Positions 1 through 9,156 of a stretch of 64,000 bases of DNA are shown piece by piece. Below the pieces are notes generated by a model that was not told the origin of the DNA, made no database searches, and saw only the letters and a program-made list of their open reading frames with translations. The DNA is from Nocardioides sp. (GTDB lineage Bacteria; Actinomycetota; Actinomycetes; Propionibacteriales; Nocardioidaceae). How positions within the stretch are numbered: the first letter of the stretch is position 1; the number at the start of each line of letters is the position of its first letter. The stretch is taken from the NCBI RefSeq assembly GCF_035576065.1, contig NZ_DATLWX010000006.1, forward strand, positions 73,042-137,041. The letters are read 5' to 3'. The translations under genes and the position numbers were made by a program.

Positions 1-836
1 TGGGACACCGACGCGACGAACTCGTCCTTGACTCCCAGGGCCCGCATGTAGTCGGTGACGTCGGTGTAGGCCAGCGCCGCCCCCTCGATCCCGCCGGCCG
101 GACCGTGCACGGTGCGGGCCGACACGGACAGCGCGCGCCTTTCCGCCGGCTCCCTGCCGATCCAGACCCGCAGGTCGTCGAACTCCTCGCCCTGCAGAGC
201 GCGATAGGAGGGCGACTCCTCGCGCGTGAGCGGCGTGGTGCCGTCGGGGGCGAAGACGAAACCGAGCTGCCCGGCCTGGCCCAGGTGACCGTCGGGAAAG
301 GCGAGGCCGATGAAGTCCTCGTGGCGTCTGTTCATCCGGTCGTAGTGCCCGGACCGATCGATCAGGAGGAGCCCGACGTCCACCGAGTCGTAGACCGCCT
401 GGACCATCCGGCTCTGGAGCTCGATCGTGGCGTGGGCCACGGCAATGCGGCCTTCGAACTCGTGCTGAGCCGTCACGTCGAGGATCTGGGAGATGAAGTG
501 GATCGGCTTCCCGTGATCGTCGCGGAGCACGGCGACCGACAGGTCGCCCCACACCACCCGACCCCCGGCGCACAGGTAGCGCTTGCGCAGGCGGTAGGAG
601 TTGCGTTCGCCGGCCAGCGTCGCCCGCATCAGCTCCAGATCGTCGTCCGGGTCATCGGGATGAGTGATGTCCTGGACGTTCATCGTCCGGAGGGTCTCGG
701 CGTCGTAGCCCATCATCTGGCAGAACGACGCATTGACCACGAACAGGTCGCCGGCCGGCGAGACGAGCGCCATCGCCACGGGCGAGTTCTGCAGCGTGAG
801 GCTCCACAGCTGCGCACTGTCGCTGTCACCCTCCAT
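1..836 (-). CDS. Sensor histidine kinase, N-terminal PAS-PAS part (3' end runs off the left edge)
   Basis: Not in the ORF track because there is no stop in the window. The reverse-strand ATG at 836 reads MEGDSDSAQLWSLTLQNSPVAMALVSPAGDLFVVNASFCQMMGYDAETLRTMNVQDITHPDD...GRVVWGDLSVAVLRDDHGKPIHFISQILDVT, a PAS pattern. A second PAS-like block follows, ending ...DEFVASVS (start of an H-box) at position 3. The + ORF 105..869 is its codon-register antisense shadow. Confidence 0.75.
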   Translation of the reverse strand, partial: MEGDSDSAQLWSLTLQNSPVAMALVSPAGDLFVVNASFCQMMGYDAETLRTMNVQDITHPDDPDDDLELMRATLAGERNSYRLRKRYLCAGGRVVWGDLSVAVLRDDHGKPIHFISQILDVTAQHEFEGRIAVAHATIELQSRMVQAVYDSVDVGLLLIDRSGHYDRMNRRHEDFIGLAFPDGHLGQAGQLGFVFAPDGTTPLTREESPSYRALQGEEFDDLRVWIGREPAERRALSVSARTVHGPAGGIEGAALAYTDVTDYMRALGVKDEFVASVS

Positions 837-892
837 CCACCGCCTCCTCCCGTAGGAGGCCGAGCGTAGCGACAAGCGTGGGCGGCCGGGGC

Positions 893-1189
893 TCAGATGG
901 CGACGGCGACCTCCGCGACGGATCCCACGGCAGCACGCACCTTGGTGTCCACCGGGTCGGCCCGCGGCGCCAGGGTGCGCAGCGTCCACTCACCCTCGCC
1001 CGCGAAGAAGCGGAAGTGCCCGGTGGCACTGGTGGGCACCTCGGCCGTGAACTCACCCGTCCCGTCGAGCAGTCGGACGTAGGCCGACCCGACCGGCTCG
1101 CCAGCGCGCGTCACCTGGCCCTGGATCACTGCTTCCTTCGCGACGTTGACTCCCTCGAGGGACAGTCCGCCTTCTACTGCTCCGCACAT
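893..1189 (-). CDS. DUF1416-type small protein (partner of thiosulfate sulfurtransferase)
   Basis: 98-aa ORF that starts 2 nt after the stop of the rhodanese gene on the same strand. This is the conserved actinobacterial sulfurtransferase/DUF1416 pairing. Confidence 0.7.
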   Translation of the reverse strand: MCGAVEGGLSLEGVNVAKEAVIQGQVTRAGEPVGSAYVRLLDGTGEFTAEVPTSATGHFRFFAGEGEWTLRTLAPRADPVDTKVRAAVGSVAEVAVAI

Positions 1190-1190
1190 G

Positions 1191-2039
1191 TCAGGCCTCC
1201 CCGGGCTCGTCGCCGAGACCGATCGGTACGCCGACGAGCGAGCCGTACTCGGTCCAGGAGCCGTCGTAGTTCTTCACGTTCGTGTGACCGAGCAGCTCCT
1301 TGAGGACGAACCACGTGATCGAGGAGCGTTCACCGATCCGGCACAGCGCGATGGTGTCCTTGGAGTCGTCGATCCCCACGTCGGCATACAGCGCCTTGAG
1401 GTCCTCGTCGGACTTGAAGGTGCCGTCGTCGTTGGCGTTCTTGCTCCACGGCACGTTCAGCGACGTGGGGATGTGGCCAGCGCGCTGCGACTGCTCCTGC
1501 GGCAGGTGGGCGGGGGCCAACAGGCGGCCGGCGTATTCGTCCGGGCTGCGCACGTCGATGAGGTTCGAGACCCCGATCGCGGCGACGGCCTCGTCGCGGA
1601 ACGCGCGGATCGAGTGGTCCTGCTCGGTCGCGGTGTAGCTCGTCCTGGCCCGCGTCGGCAGCTGGTCGGTCAGCTCGCGGGAGTCCAGCTCCCACTTCTT
1701 GCGCCCGCCGTCCATCAGCTTGACGGACTGGTGGCCGTAGAGCTTGAAGTACCAGTAGGCGTAGGCGGCGAACCAGTTGTTGTTGCCGCCGTAGAGCACG
1801 ACCGTGTCGTCGTTGTTGACCCCACGCTCCGACAGCAGGGCCTCGAACTGCGCCTTGCTGACGAAGTCGCGACGGACCTGGTCCTGCAGGTCGGTGGTCC
1901 AGTCGAGCTTGATCGCGTTGCGGATGTGGCCCTTGTCGTAGGAGGTCGTGTCTTCGTCGACCTCGATCAGGACGACACCGTCGGTGTCGAGGTTGTCCTC
2001 GACCCACTGGACGGTGACGAGCGATTCTTCGCGGCTCAT
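1191..2039 (-). CDS. sseA: Thiosulfate sulfurtransferase (tandem rhodanese)
   Basis: ORF 1191..2141 trimmed to the ATG at 2039 (MSREESLVTVQWVEDNL...). It has two rhodanese repeats and an active-site loop CRIGERSS. Confidence 0.85.
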   Translation of the reverse strand: MSREESLVTVQWVEDNLDTDGVVLIEVDEDTTSYDKGHIRNAIKLDWTTDLQDQVRRDFVSKAQFEALLSERGVNNDDTVVLYGGNNNWFAAYAYWYFKLYGHQSVKLMDGGRKKWELDSRELTDQLPTRARTSYTATEQDHSIRAFRDEAVAAIGVSNLIDVRSPDEYAGRLLAPAHLPQEQSQRAGHIPTSLNVPWSKNANDDGTFKSDEDLKALYADVGIDDSKDTIALCRIGERSSITWFVLKELLGHTNVKNYDGSWTEYGSLVGVPIGLGDEPGEA

Positions 2040-2397
2040 GGGGTGTGCTCCTTGGTGTGGACAGATCTGCTGACGTGTGGAATGGCGCGGATGGTCAGCG
2101 CGCAGGCAGGTGCCGCGGGCTGCGAAGGGACGAGGCCGCAACGGCGAGCCCAGGAATGGGCTCAGCCGGGTGTGGTGTGCGGACCCGTCAGGACATTCGA
2201 CACAGCGCCGAGCGCGTGCGGCAGTGATCCACTGCGCGGCGCTTGGTCAGCATGGTCGAGAACATGATGTGGACTCTAAGGCGAGTGTGACCGGGCACAT
2301 TCCCGCGTCTCGCATGCTGGATATAGCAACCACGATGTGAGATTCATTGCGGTGTCGGCGGAGCTGCCGCGCTTTCGACGCGCGGCCGGAGAGCCGC

Positions 2398-2443
2398 ACA
2401 AAATGCACACAGGGCCCCGGTGGTCGAAACCACCGGGGCCCTG
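2398..2443 (-). terminator. Intrinsic terminator after the 721-aa secreted protein gene
   Basis: Perfect 15-bp stem CAGGGCCCCGGTGGT / ACCACCGGGGCCCTG with loop cgaa (2410..2443). It is followed on the minus strand by TGTGCATTTTG and lies 22 nt past the stop at 2465. Confidence 0.75.
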
Positions 2444-2464
2444 CGATGTTGCTGATGCTCTACG

Positions 2465-4630
2465 TCAGCGCTTGATCTTGACCTTCACGGGCTCGTCGTT
2501 GGAGCCGACCTTGCCCTTGCCGATGAAGAAGAAGACCAGCTTGTGCTTGCCCTTCTTCAGCTTGGCGAGGGAAACGGTGCCCTTGCCCTTCTTGATCTTG
2601 GTCTTGGCGATCTTCTTGTACTTGATCGTCCCGTTGTCCATGACCTTGACGATCTCCTTGACGATGACCTTGCCCTTCACCTTCTTGGCCTTCACCGGGC
2701 TGGCCTTGATCGTGATCGCCGCCTCACCGCCCGAGGTCTTCACCTTGATCCTCGGCTTGTAGCCGATCTTGACCGAGGTGGCCGAGGTGGCCGAGCCGAT
2801 GAGCTTCCGGTTCTCTGCGGTCACCCGCAGGGTCAGCCGGTCGCCGATGTGGGCCGCGGTCGGGGTGAAGGTCTCTCCGGTGCCGACCACCGTGCTGCCC
2901 ACGAGCCACTCGTAGTCGAAGTCCGTGAGGGACTGCACGTTCCACACTCCCGGGTCGGCCGTGATGGCGCTGCCCACCCAGGGGTAGTCGACTCCGAGCG
3001 AGGGACGCTCGACCGCCGTGAGCCGGTTGCCGAGAACGGCGGCCAGACCGGTCACGAGCTGACCGGACTTCACCGTGATGACGACAGCGTCGTCGACCTC
3101 GGACTTGTCCTTCCACCACTCACCCGCGTGGAACCCGGACGAGTCGTCGAAGCGGACCTTGTAGGTGCCGGCGCGAACCGAACGAGTCTCGAAGGTCGAA
3201 TCCGCCTCGAAGTCGGCGAAAGAGTTGACGAGCGCCCCGTCGTCGTTGCCTCGCAGGGACACCTGGGGCCTCAGCGGCACACCGGGCAGACCCGTCACGG
3301 AGCCCGCGATGCCGCCGGCGCGCTCGAGCACGACGTCCACGGCGCCCACGGGCGTGCCGGGGGTCACGGTGACAGCAGGAGAACGGTCGTAGTCCTGCAC
3401 GCCGCCGTACCAGGACCCGAACAGGGCGAACGCGTTGTCGTCGCCCTGGTCGTAGACCTCGGACACGATCTTGAACTGGTTCTCACCCTGGACCTTCTCC
3501 AGCTCCTTGAAGGCGAAGACGCCCTGGCGGTTGGAGTAGACGACCTCGATGGTCTCCTTGTCCGAGGTACGAGCCGGTGTGGTCACTGCACCCACCCGGG
3601 CGCCGACGACCGGAACGCCGAGGTTGTCCTTGACCGTCCCGGTGATCTCGGTCGTCCGGGTGTCGGCGGGGCGGGGCGTCAGCGCCGCGTTGATGCCGCC
3701 GACGGCCTGGCCGACACCGACGCTGACGGGCGTGGCAAGAGCCGGGGTGGCGGCGTTGTTGTAGTACTCGGAGGTGTATTCATCGATCGGGTCGCTGAAC
3801 TCCACGACCTGCTGTCCGGTGCGCACGTTCCGGATGGTGTAGATGCCGTTCTTGTCCGTGAGGTCGCTCCGGCTGCCTGCATAGACCTCGACGAACTCGA
3901 GGGGGACACCGGCGTCGCTCGTGACCTGACCGCTGATGCTGCCGCCAGATGCGAGGACGATGTTGCCGAGGTTGGCACCCGTGGGGGTCGCCGTGACCGG
4001 CGCGGCGGAGGCCAGGTCAGGGGCGTCGGCGTAGAACTCGAGGGCGTGATCCTCTGCGGAGAAGGACAACTTGACCGGCGCAGACCGCGTCGCGATCTTG
4101 AAGGTGCCCTGCTCGTCGGTGCCCGCGGTGTCCAGACTCGCACCGCTCGCCGCGTCGAACACCCCGATGGAGGCGCTCAACGGCTTGCCGGCGGCGTTGG
4201 TGACCGCGCCGACGACGTAGGGCTGGTCGATGGTCCAGGATCCCAGCGCGACCGGATTGCCGCCAGCGACCTCGAAGGCACTCGCAGTCGCCAGGTCAGG
4301 CTGGTCCTTGTAGAACTCGGTGTAGTCGCCGTAAGTCTCGAACTCGATCTTGTAGATGCCGTCGGACAGCGAGCCCTCGATGTAGCCGTCATTCCCGACG
4401 TAGATGAAGCCCGAGGGCTCGGGGCCGTACGTGCCGTCACCCTGTTGGCGGTAGTAGCCCACCTCGCCTGAGATCGGGTTGCCGAACCCGTCGATGACAC
4501 CGCCGGTCACGACCGAAGCCGCGTTTGCGGGCGCCACCGCGCCCAGGCTGAGCCCCGCGGCCACGAGCGCGGCGCCCGCACCCATCGCGGTCAAACGGCG
4601 CACTACGCGCTCGGACATGGCTCTACTCAT
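2465..4630 (-). CDS. Secreted multi-repeat protein (carboxypeptidase-regulatory-like / Ig-like beta-sandwich repeats) with Lys-rich C-terminus
   Basis: 721-aa ORF with signal peptide ...GAGAALVAAGLSLGAVAPANA. It carries repeated blocks of the form G.V....G.P......V.....G......TD..G.Y. The C-terminal ~100 aa are K-rich (KVKGKVIVKEIVKV...KIKKGKGTVSLAKLKKGKHKLVFFF). Confidence 0.7.
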   Translation of the reverse strand: MSRAMSERVVRRLTAMGAGAALVAAGLSLGAVAPANAASVVTGGVIDGFGNPISGEVGYYRQQGDGTYGPEPSGFIYVGNDGYIEGSLSDGIYKIEFETYGDYTEFYKDQPDLATASAFEVAGGNPVALGSWTIDQPYVVGAVTNAAGKPLSASIGVFDAASGASLDTAGTDEQGTFKIATRSAPVKLSFSAEDHALEFYADAPDLASAAPVTATPTGANLGNIVLASGGSISGQVTSDAGVPLEFVEVYAGSRSDLTDKNGIYTIRNVRTGQQVVEFSDPIDEYTSEYYNNAATPALATPVSVGVGQAVGGINAALTPRPADTRTTEITGTVKDNLGVPVVGARVGAVTTPARTSDKETIEVVYSNRQGVFAFKELEKVQGENQFKIVSEVYDQGDDNAFALFGSWYGGVQDYDRSPAVTVTPGTPVGAVDVVLERAGGIAGSVTGLPGVPLRPQVSLRGNDDGALVNSFADFEADSTFETRSVRAGTYKVRFDDSSGFHAGEWWKDKSEVDDAVVITVKSGQLVTGLAAVLGNRLTAVERPSLGVDYPWVGSAITADPGVWNVQSLTDFDYEWLVGSTVVGTGETFTPTAAHIGDRLTLRVTAENRKLIGSATSATSVKIGYKPRIKVKTSGGEAAITIKASPVKAKKVKGKVIVKEIVKVMDNGTIKYKKIAKTKIKKGKGTVSLAKLKKGKHKLVFFFIGKGKVGSNDEPVKVKIKR

Positions 4631-4796
4631 GCTTCCCCCTACTTTTGATGATCACGTGAACTGAGGTTCGTCCTCGACCCGACTCCCCGAAATGCTCGAC
4701 GTCGAAACGCGAAGACGCGGGCTGACCTTAACCGAAGAGACGCGTGCCCACGACCCGTCGTTCATGTTGTCCCGGCACTCCAGGCTGATGGAGACG

Positions 4797-5093
4797 TCAG
4801 CCGCCGGCGAACGGCGGCAGGAACTCGACGGTCGCGCCGGGCGGGACCATGACTGCGTCCGCGTCCTCGGTGCCCGCCGGACGATCGCCGACCAGCACCG
4901 AGCAGACCCCGATCGTCCGCGCCACGTCCACACCTGGATGGGCGGCCAGGACGAGCCTCAGGACCTCCGACAAGGTGACCGGGCCGGACACCTCGAAAAC
5001 GTCCTGGTCCACGCCAGCCGCCGACCTGGCCCCGGCCCAGTAGCGCGTGGTGATCGTCTCAGCCTCAGACGTTGGGCTGCTGTCGATGCTCAC
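4797..5093 (-). CDS. MoaD/ThiS-family small sulfur-carrier-like protein
   Basis: This is the 3' 297 nt of track ORF 4797..5768, with a GTG start at 5093. The 98-aa product ends ...[12 protein letters not shown] (C-terminal Gly-Gly) and opens ...[14 protein letters not shown], as in MoaD. The rest of the track ORF is antisense to glnR. Confidence 0.6.
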   Translation of the reverse strand: MSIDSSPTSEAETITTRYWAGARSAAGVDQDVFEVSGPVTLSEVLRLVLAAHPGVDVARTIGVCSVLVGDRPAGTEDADAVMVPPGATVEFLPPFAGG

Positions 5094-5138
5094 AGCGCCT
5101 ACTCTGTCGTACTCCGCCACCGTGGGGAGGACACCGCC

Positions 5139-5870
5139 ATGAGCGCCTTGCTGCTGCTGACCAGTGCCCTGCGTCCATCTGCCGACGTGCTGCCTGCCCT
5201 TGCGCTGCTCGGCCACACGGTCAAGATCCTCCCCGCCGAGGGCAGCGCGCTGCTCGACGCCCCCGATGCGGACCTCGTGCTCATCGATGGTCGCCAGGAG
5301 CTCGCTCACGCTCGTGACCTGTGCCGGCTCATCCGGACGACCGGCACCGACGTGCCCGTGCTGCTGATCATCACCGAGGGCGGGCTCGCCGTCGTCACGC
5401 ACGACTGGGCCATGGACGACGTCGTGCTCCACACGTGCGGCCCGGCCGAGCTCGAGGCGCGCATCCGGCTGTCCGTTGGCCGCCTCGCGGCGCAGCGCGA
5501 GGCTGCCGACCCTGCCTCGCACGTGATCCGGTCCGGCGAGGTCGTGGTCGACGATGCGACGTACACCGCGAAGATCAGCGGCCGGGCCCTCGACCTGACC
5601 TACAAGGAGTTCGAGCTGCTGAAGTTCCTCGCCCAGCACCCCGGGCGGGTCTTCACCCGGCAGCAGCTGCTGCAGGAGGTCTGGGGCTACGACTACTTCG
5701 GTGGCACTCGCACCGTCGACGTCCACGTGCGCCGACTCCGCGCCAAGCTCGGTGTGGAGAACGAGCACCTGATCGGCACCGTGCGCAACGTGGGCTACCG
5801 CTTCGTCCTGCCCGCCAAAGAGGTGTCCGGCGAGGACTCTTCAGTCACCCGCCGGCAACAGGACGCCTGA
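5139..5870 (+). CDS. glnR: OmpR-family orphan response regulator GlnR (nitrogen regulator)
   Basis: Track ORF 4692..5870 trimmed to the ATG at 5139, which follows a [50 protein letters not shown]...[53 protein letters not shown]...VRNVGYRFV closely follows the Streptomyces GlnR sequence as I remember it. It lies next to mshD, as in mycobacteria. Confidence 0.85.
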   Translation: MSALLLLTSALRPSADVLPALALLGHTVKILPAEGSALLDAPDADLVLIDGRQELAHARDLCRLIRTTGTDVPVLLIITEGGLAVVTHDWAMDDVVLHTCGPAELEARIRLSVGRLAAQREAADPASHVIRSGEVVVDDATYTAKISGRALDLTYKEFELLKFLAQHPGRVFTRQQLLQEVWGYDYFGGTRTVDVHVRRLRAKLGVENEHLIGTVRNVGYRFVLPAKEVSGEDSSVTRRQQDA

Positions 5871-6071
5871 TCAGCTCAGTTTCATCCGGCCGTGGTTGAC
5901 GCTGGACAGGGCACCGAACAGGTCTCCGACGAGCCCGTCGGCATAGACGCGCACATCGAGCTTTCGCCCCGACGACCTGACGATCACACGCGGCGCGGCC
6001 GCTTGGATGAGCCGCACGTCCTCGACCTCGGCCCAGGGGATTTCAACGCATTCCCTGTTCTGGGCCACCAA
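5871..6071 (-). CDS. Hypothetical small protein
   Basis: 66-aa ORF lying 10 nt downstream of mshD on the same strand. GC3 is fairly high and no motif was recognised. Confidence 0.4.
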   Translation of the reverse strand: MVAQNRECVEIPWAEVEDVRLIQAAAPRVIVRSSGRKLDVRVYADGLVGDLFGALSSVNHGRMKLS

Positions 6072-6080
6072 CTGCCCGGC

Positions 6081-6878
6081 TCAGGCGTCCCGGCGATACA
6101 TCACGTGCGTGTCCGCGTCTGCATGGGTGAAGCCGAGCCGGGAGTACGTCGACAGGGCGGCGTGGTTGTCCGCCTCGACGAACAACAGGACCTCCGAGAC
6201 GCCGTGCTCGGCCAGGTGGTGCAGGCCGGTCAGCGTGAGTGCGCGGCCGAGCCCGCGACCCTGGGCGGCGGGGTCGATCCCGACGACGTAGACCTCCCCG
6301 AGGTCGGGCGAGTGCTGCTTGGTCCAGTGGAAGCCCAGCATCCGCGGTCCCTCCGTCGCCACGAACAACCCGGCCGGGTCGAACCACGGCTCGGCCATCC
6401 GCGCCGCCAGATCGCGCTCGTCCATCGCTGCCTGCTCGGGGTGCTCGGCGAACGCCGCAGCGTTGACGCGCAGCAGCTCCGCGGCGTCCGCGTCGGTGTA
6501 GGCGCGGATGGCGAGGTCCGGCACGGGTGCCAACGCCTCGTCAGCGGAGCGCCGCATGACCCACAGGTCGCGGACCCGCTCGAAGCCGGCCCCCGCAGCA
6601 AGCGTCGCTGCCGCGGGGTGGTCTCCGTGCGACCACGCCCGGGCCGGACCCGCGACACCCTCCAGGAGGCCGGCCCCGCGGCCCCGCCGCCGGTGGTCGG
6701 GGTGGACGACGAGGTGGAGGTCCTCGCCCCGGGTCAACGCAAACGCCTCGCGCGTGACGACCCCGCTCCAACCCTCGTCCCCGGCGCGGAGGGATCGCCA
6801 CGTCGCCTCGTCGAGGGGGGCAGCGCCATCAGCCCTGGCGGCCGCGTCGGCCACCGCTTCGACCAGGTCGAGGTTCAC
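6081..6878 (-). CDS. mshD: Mycothiol synthase (two GNAT domains)
   Basis: C-terminal part of track ORF 6081..7643. The GTG at 6878 forms a GTGA overlap with the ygfZ stop. Motifs: VVHPDHRRRGRGAGLL and VGIDPAAQGRGLGRALTLTGLHHL (acetyl-CoA loops), ending ...EADNHAALSTYSRLGF. Confidence 0.8.
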   Translation of the reverse strand: MNLDLVEAVADAAARADGAAPLDEATWRSLRAGDEGWSGVVTREAFALTRGEDLHLVVHPDHRRRGRGAGLLEGVAGPARAWSHGDHPAAATLAAGAGFERVRDLWVMRRSADEALAPVPDLAIRAYTDADAAELLRVNAAAFAEHPEQAAMDERDLAARMAEPWFDPAGLFVATEGPRMLGFHWTKQHSPDLGEVYVVGIDPAAQGRGLGRALTLTGLHHLAEHGVSEVLLFVEADNHAALSTYSRLGFTHADADTHVMYRRDA

Positions 6879-7819
6879 CGTCGTGGCCGGACGTGCAGGC
6901 CCACCTCGGGATCGACGATGACCTCCTGCGCTGCCGGCATCCCGTCCACCGTCAGGGCGGCGTCCACCGGCACGTTGCGCTTGATCAGCGCCAGCCCGAT
7001 CGGGCCGAGCTCGTAGTGACGGGCGGAGGTGCCGACGAAGCCGACCGCCTTCTCGCCCATGGTGATCTCCGAGCCGCGCACGGGGAGACGGTTCTCCGAC
7101 CCGTCGAGGTGAAGCAGCGTCAGCCGACGCGGCGGGCGACCGAGCGTGTGCACCCGGGCGACCGTCTCCTGTCCGCGATAGCAGCCCTTGTCCAGGTGGA
7201 CGGCCGGGCCGATCCAGCCGAGCTCGTTGGGGATCGAGCGGTGGTCGGTGTCGAGCCCGAGCCTCGGCTCGCCCCGTGCGATCCGCAGCGCTTCGAAGGC
7301 CCACGATCCCGCGGCCGGACCGGCAGCTTCGGCGTACGCCTCGAGACGGCTGCGTGGGACGAAGTCGTACGTCGCAGCGCGCTCGCCGCTCGACGGGCGC
7401 CATGCGACCGCCAGGTCCGGAGTCTGGAGGCCGACCTCGACCCGCATCATGAAGCGCATCCGGTCCAGGAAGTCGATCAGTGGCTGACCGGCGCCCGGCT
7501 CCGTGTGCGCTACGAAGGCGGTGCCGTCGTCGGCCCCGGCGAACGCGTGCTCGACGTGTCCTTGCGGGCTGAGCACCAGCGCCTCGGTCCAGACGCTGGG
7601 TGCGAGGCCCTCGAAGAACTGGGTCGTGAGGCTGTGCAGCCACGTCAACCGATCGGGGCCCTCGACCCGGATGACGTCGCGGTGCGAGAGGTCCACGAAG
7701 CCCTCACCCGACTCCAGCACGCGCTGCTCGCCGTTGAACGAGCCGTAGTGGGCAGCAACGGGGGCATCGATGCCGTCGCCGGCCACGGCGCCGGGGAGGT
7801 GGAGCAGGGGCGAGGTCAT
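6875..7819 (-). CDS. ygfZ: Folate-binding YgfZ/CAF17-family protein (GcvT-like)
   Basis: Track ORF trimmed to the ATG at 7819, preceded by GGAGACACCCC. Motifs: DLSHRDVIRVEGPDRLTWLHSL, KGCYRGQETVARVHTLGRPPRRL. Confidence 0.8.
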   Translation of the reverse strand: MTSPLLHLPGAVAGDGIDAPVAAHYGSFNGEQRVLESGEGFVDLSHRDVIRVEGPDRLTWLHSLTTQFFEGLAPSVWTEALVLSPQGHVEHAFAGADDGTAFVAHTEPGAGQPLIDFLDRMRFMMRVEVGLQTPDLAVAWRPSSGERAATYDFVPRSRLEAYAEAAGPAAGSWAFEALRIARGEPRLGLDTDHRSIPNELGWIGPAVHLDKGCYRGQETVARVHTLGRPPRRLTLLHLDGSENRLPVRGSEITMGEKAVGFVGTSARHYELGPIGLALIKRNVPVDAALTVDGMPAAQEVIVDPEVGLHVRPRR

Positions 7820-8241
7820 GGGGTGTCTCCTTGCGTGCATTCGACGCAGTGACCGAAGACCGCGAGGTGACCGAGGTCGATCTCGAAGCCGTGGTCACGG
7901 CTCAGGGTGGCGACCAGCGCGGTCGCCACCTCGGGTTCAACACTGCGGACCCGCTGACACTTCCGGCAGACGAGGTGGATGTGCTCGGGCTCACGGGTGG
8001 AGTGGTAGGTCGGTGCCCGGTCGCTCAGGTGCGCGTGGCGGACGAGCCCGAGCTCCTCGAGCACCTCGAGGGTGCGGTAGACGGTCGAGGCGTTGACGGC
8101 GCTGGCCTGCGCACGGACGTGTGCCAGCACCTCGTCCGGGGTGGCGTGGTGGAGGTCTTCGACGGCACGAAGGATCAGCTGGCGCTGGGGCGTCAGTCGG
8201 TAGCCGCTGCCGCGCAGCCGGTCGGCGAGCTCGTCGGGCAC
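7816..8241 (-). CDS. Fur-family metalloregulator
   Basis: 141 aa. It has a winged helix (RLTPQRQLILRAVEDL...STVYRTLEVLEELGLV) and two CxxC pairs (CRKCQRV, GHCVEC). Its stop forms an ATGA overlap with the ygfZ start. Confidence 0.85.
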   Translation of the reverse strand: MPDELADRLRGSGYRLTPQRQLILRAVEDLHHATPDEVLAHVRAQASAVNASTVYRTLEVLEELGLVRHAHLSDRAPTYHSTREPEHIHLVCRKCQRVRSVEPEVATALVATLSRDHGFEIDLGHLAVFGHCVECTQGDTP

Positions 8242-8245
8242 GGTG

Positions 8246-8740
8246 TCAGACCCGCTTCAGTCGGGCCCAGGTGTGCGGCTGCAGCTCTTGGCCCGCAGCA
8301 GCCATGTCGTAGGCATACATCAGGTCGCCCTCCACGTTGCCGTACATGCGCGACCCGGCGGTGACCTCCTTGGCGGTCTCGGTGAAGGCCACTCCGGCGG
8401 TGTGCATCTCGAGCCGGCCGCCCTCCGCTGCGCCGTACCAGACCTCGGCGAAGCCGGTGTTGTGGGCAAGGAGGAGCTCGACGTGGCCCGGCTCAGGACA
8501 GCGCAGGAACCCGGACTCCATCGCAGCGTCGCGGACGTGCTCGCCCTGCTCGTCCACGACCCAGGCCCGGGACATGTAGTGGAAGAAAGGGCGACCGTCG
8601 TGGGTGAAGATGAGCTCCTGGCCGAACTGGAAACCCTCGATCGTCGGGTAGTCGCCGTGGCCGTTGCCGCGCCACGTCCCCAGCAGCCAGGCCAGTGGCC
8701 CGCAGTTGGGGTGGAGGTTCTCGGGGATCTCGAACGGCAT
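8246..8740 (-). CDS. Nitrobindin/FABP-like beta-barrel protein (DUF1794)
   Basis: 164 aa. LAWLLGTWRGNGHGDYPTIEGFQFGQELIFTHDGRPFFHY is the typical family N-terminus. Confidence 0.75.
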   Translation of the reverse strand: MPFEIPENLHPNCGPLAWLLGTWRGNGHGDYPTIEGFQFGQELIFTHDGRPFFHYMSRAWVVDEQGEHVRDAAMESGFLRCPEPGHVELLLAHNTGFAEVWYGAAEGGRLEMHTAGVAFTETAKEVTAGSRMYGNVEGDLMYAYDMAAAGQELQPHTWARLKRV

Positions 8741-8793
8741 GCGCCGAGTCTAGGCGTCCTGGGCGTGTCCGTCGGCACGCCTAGGCTGGGGTC

Positions 8794-9156
8794 ATGCCTC
8801 GCTCTCTCGTCGTCAAGGTCACCTGCGGCTCGGAGGATGCGGAGCGCTGCAACCAGGCCTTCACCGTGTCGGCGGCCGCCGTCGCTGCCGGCGCGGAGGT
8901 CTCGCTGTGGCTGACCGGGGAGGCCGCCTGGTTCGGCGTTCCGGGGCGCGCCGAGGAGTTCGACCTCGAGCTCGCCGCCCCGTTGGCCGACCTGCTCGGA
9001 GCCGTCGTCGGCGGCGGCCGGGTGACTGTCTGCACCCAGTGCGCGGCGCGTCGCGGGATCGCGGAGAGCGACCTGCGCGTGGGCGTCACGATCGCCGGAG
9101 CGGCAGTCTTCGCCGAGGAGGTCCTCGGGGAGGGCGTCCAGGCGCTGGTCTACTGA
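8794..9156 (+). CDS. DsrE/DsrF-like family protein
   Basis: 120 aa. VVKVTCGSEDAERCNQAF...VSLWLTGEAAW...VTVCTQCAARRGI resembles the DsrE fold pattern. Confidence 0.6.
   Translation: MPRSLVVKVTCGSEDAERCNQAFTVSAAAVAAGAEVSLWLTGEAAWFGVPGRAEEFDLELAAPLADLLGAVVGGGRVTVCTQCAARRGIAESDLRVGVTIAGAAVFAEEVLGEGVQALVY

Noticed and set aside
105-869. 254-aa + strand ORF
   Set aside because: It is in codon register with, and antisense to, a much better minus-strand PAS kinase gene. Its translation is Arg/Gly/Val/His-rich with no motifs.
1146-2267. 373-aa + strand ORF and the other ORFs overlapping the rhodanese gene
   Set aside because: These are high-GC shadow frames of sseA and have no domain signatures.
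2543-4471. 642-aa + strand ORF
   Set aside because: It is an antisense shadow of the 721-aa secreted protein gene, with composition typical of non-coding frames (R/G/D/L/V-rich).
5094-5768. Upstream two thirds of track ORF 4797..5768
   Set aside because: This part is antisense to glnR. Only the last 297 nt (the MoaD-like gene) look genuine.
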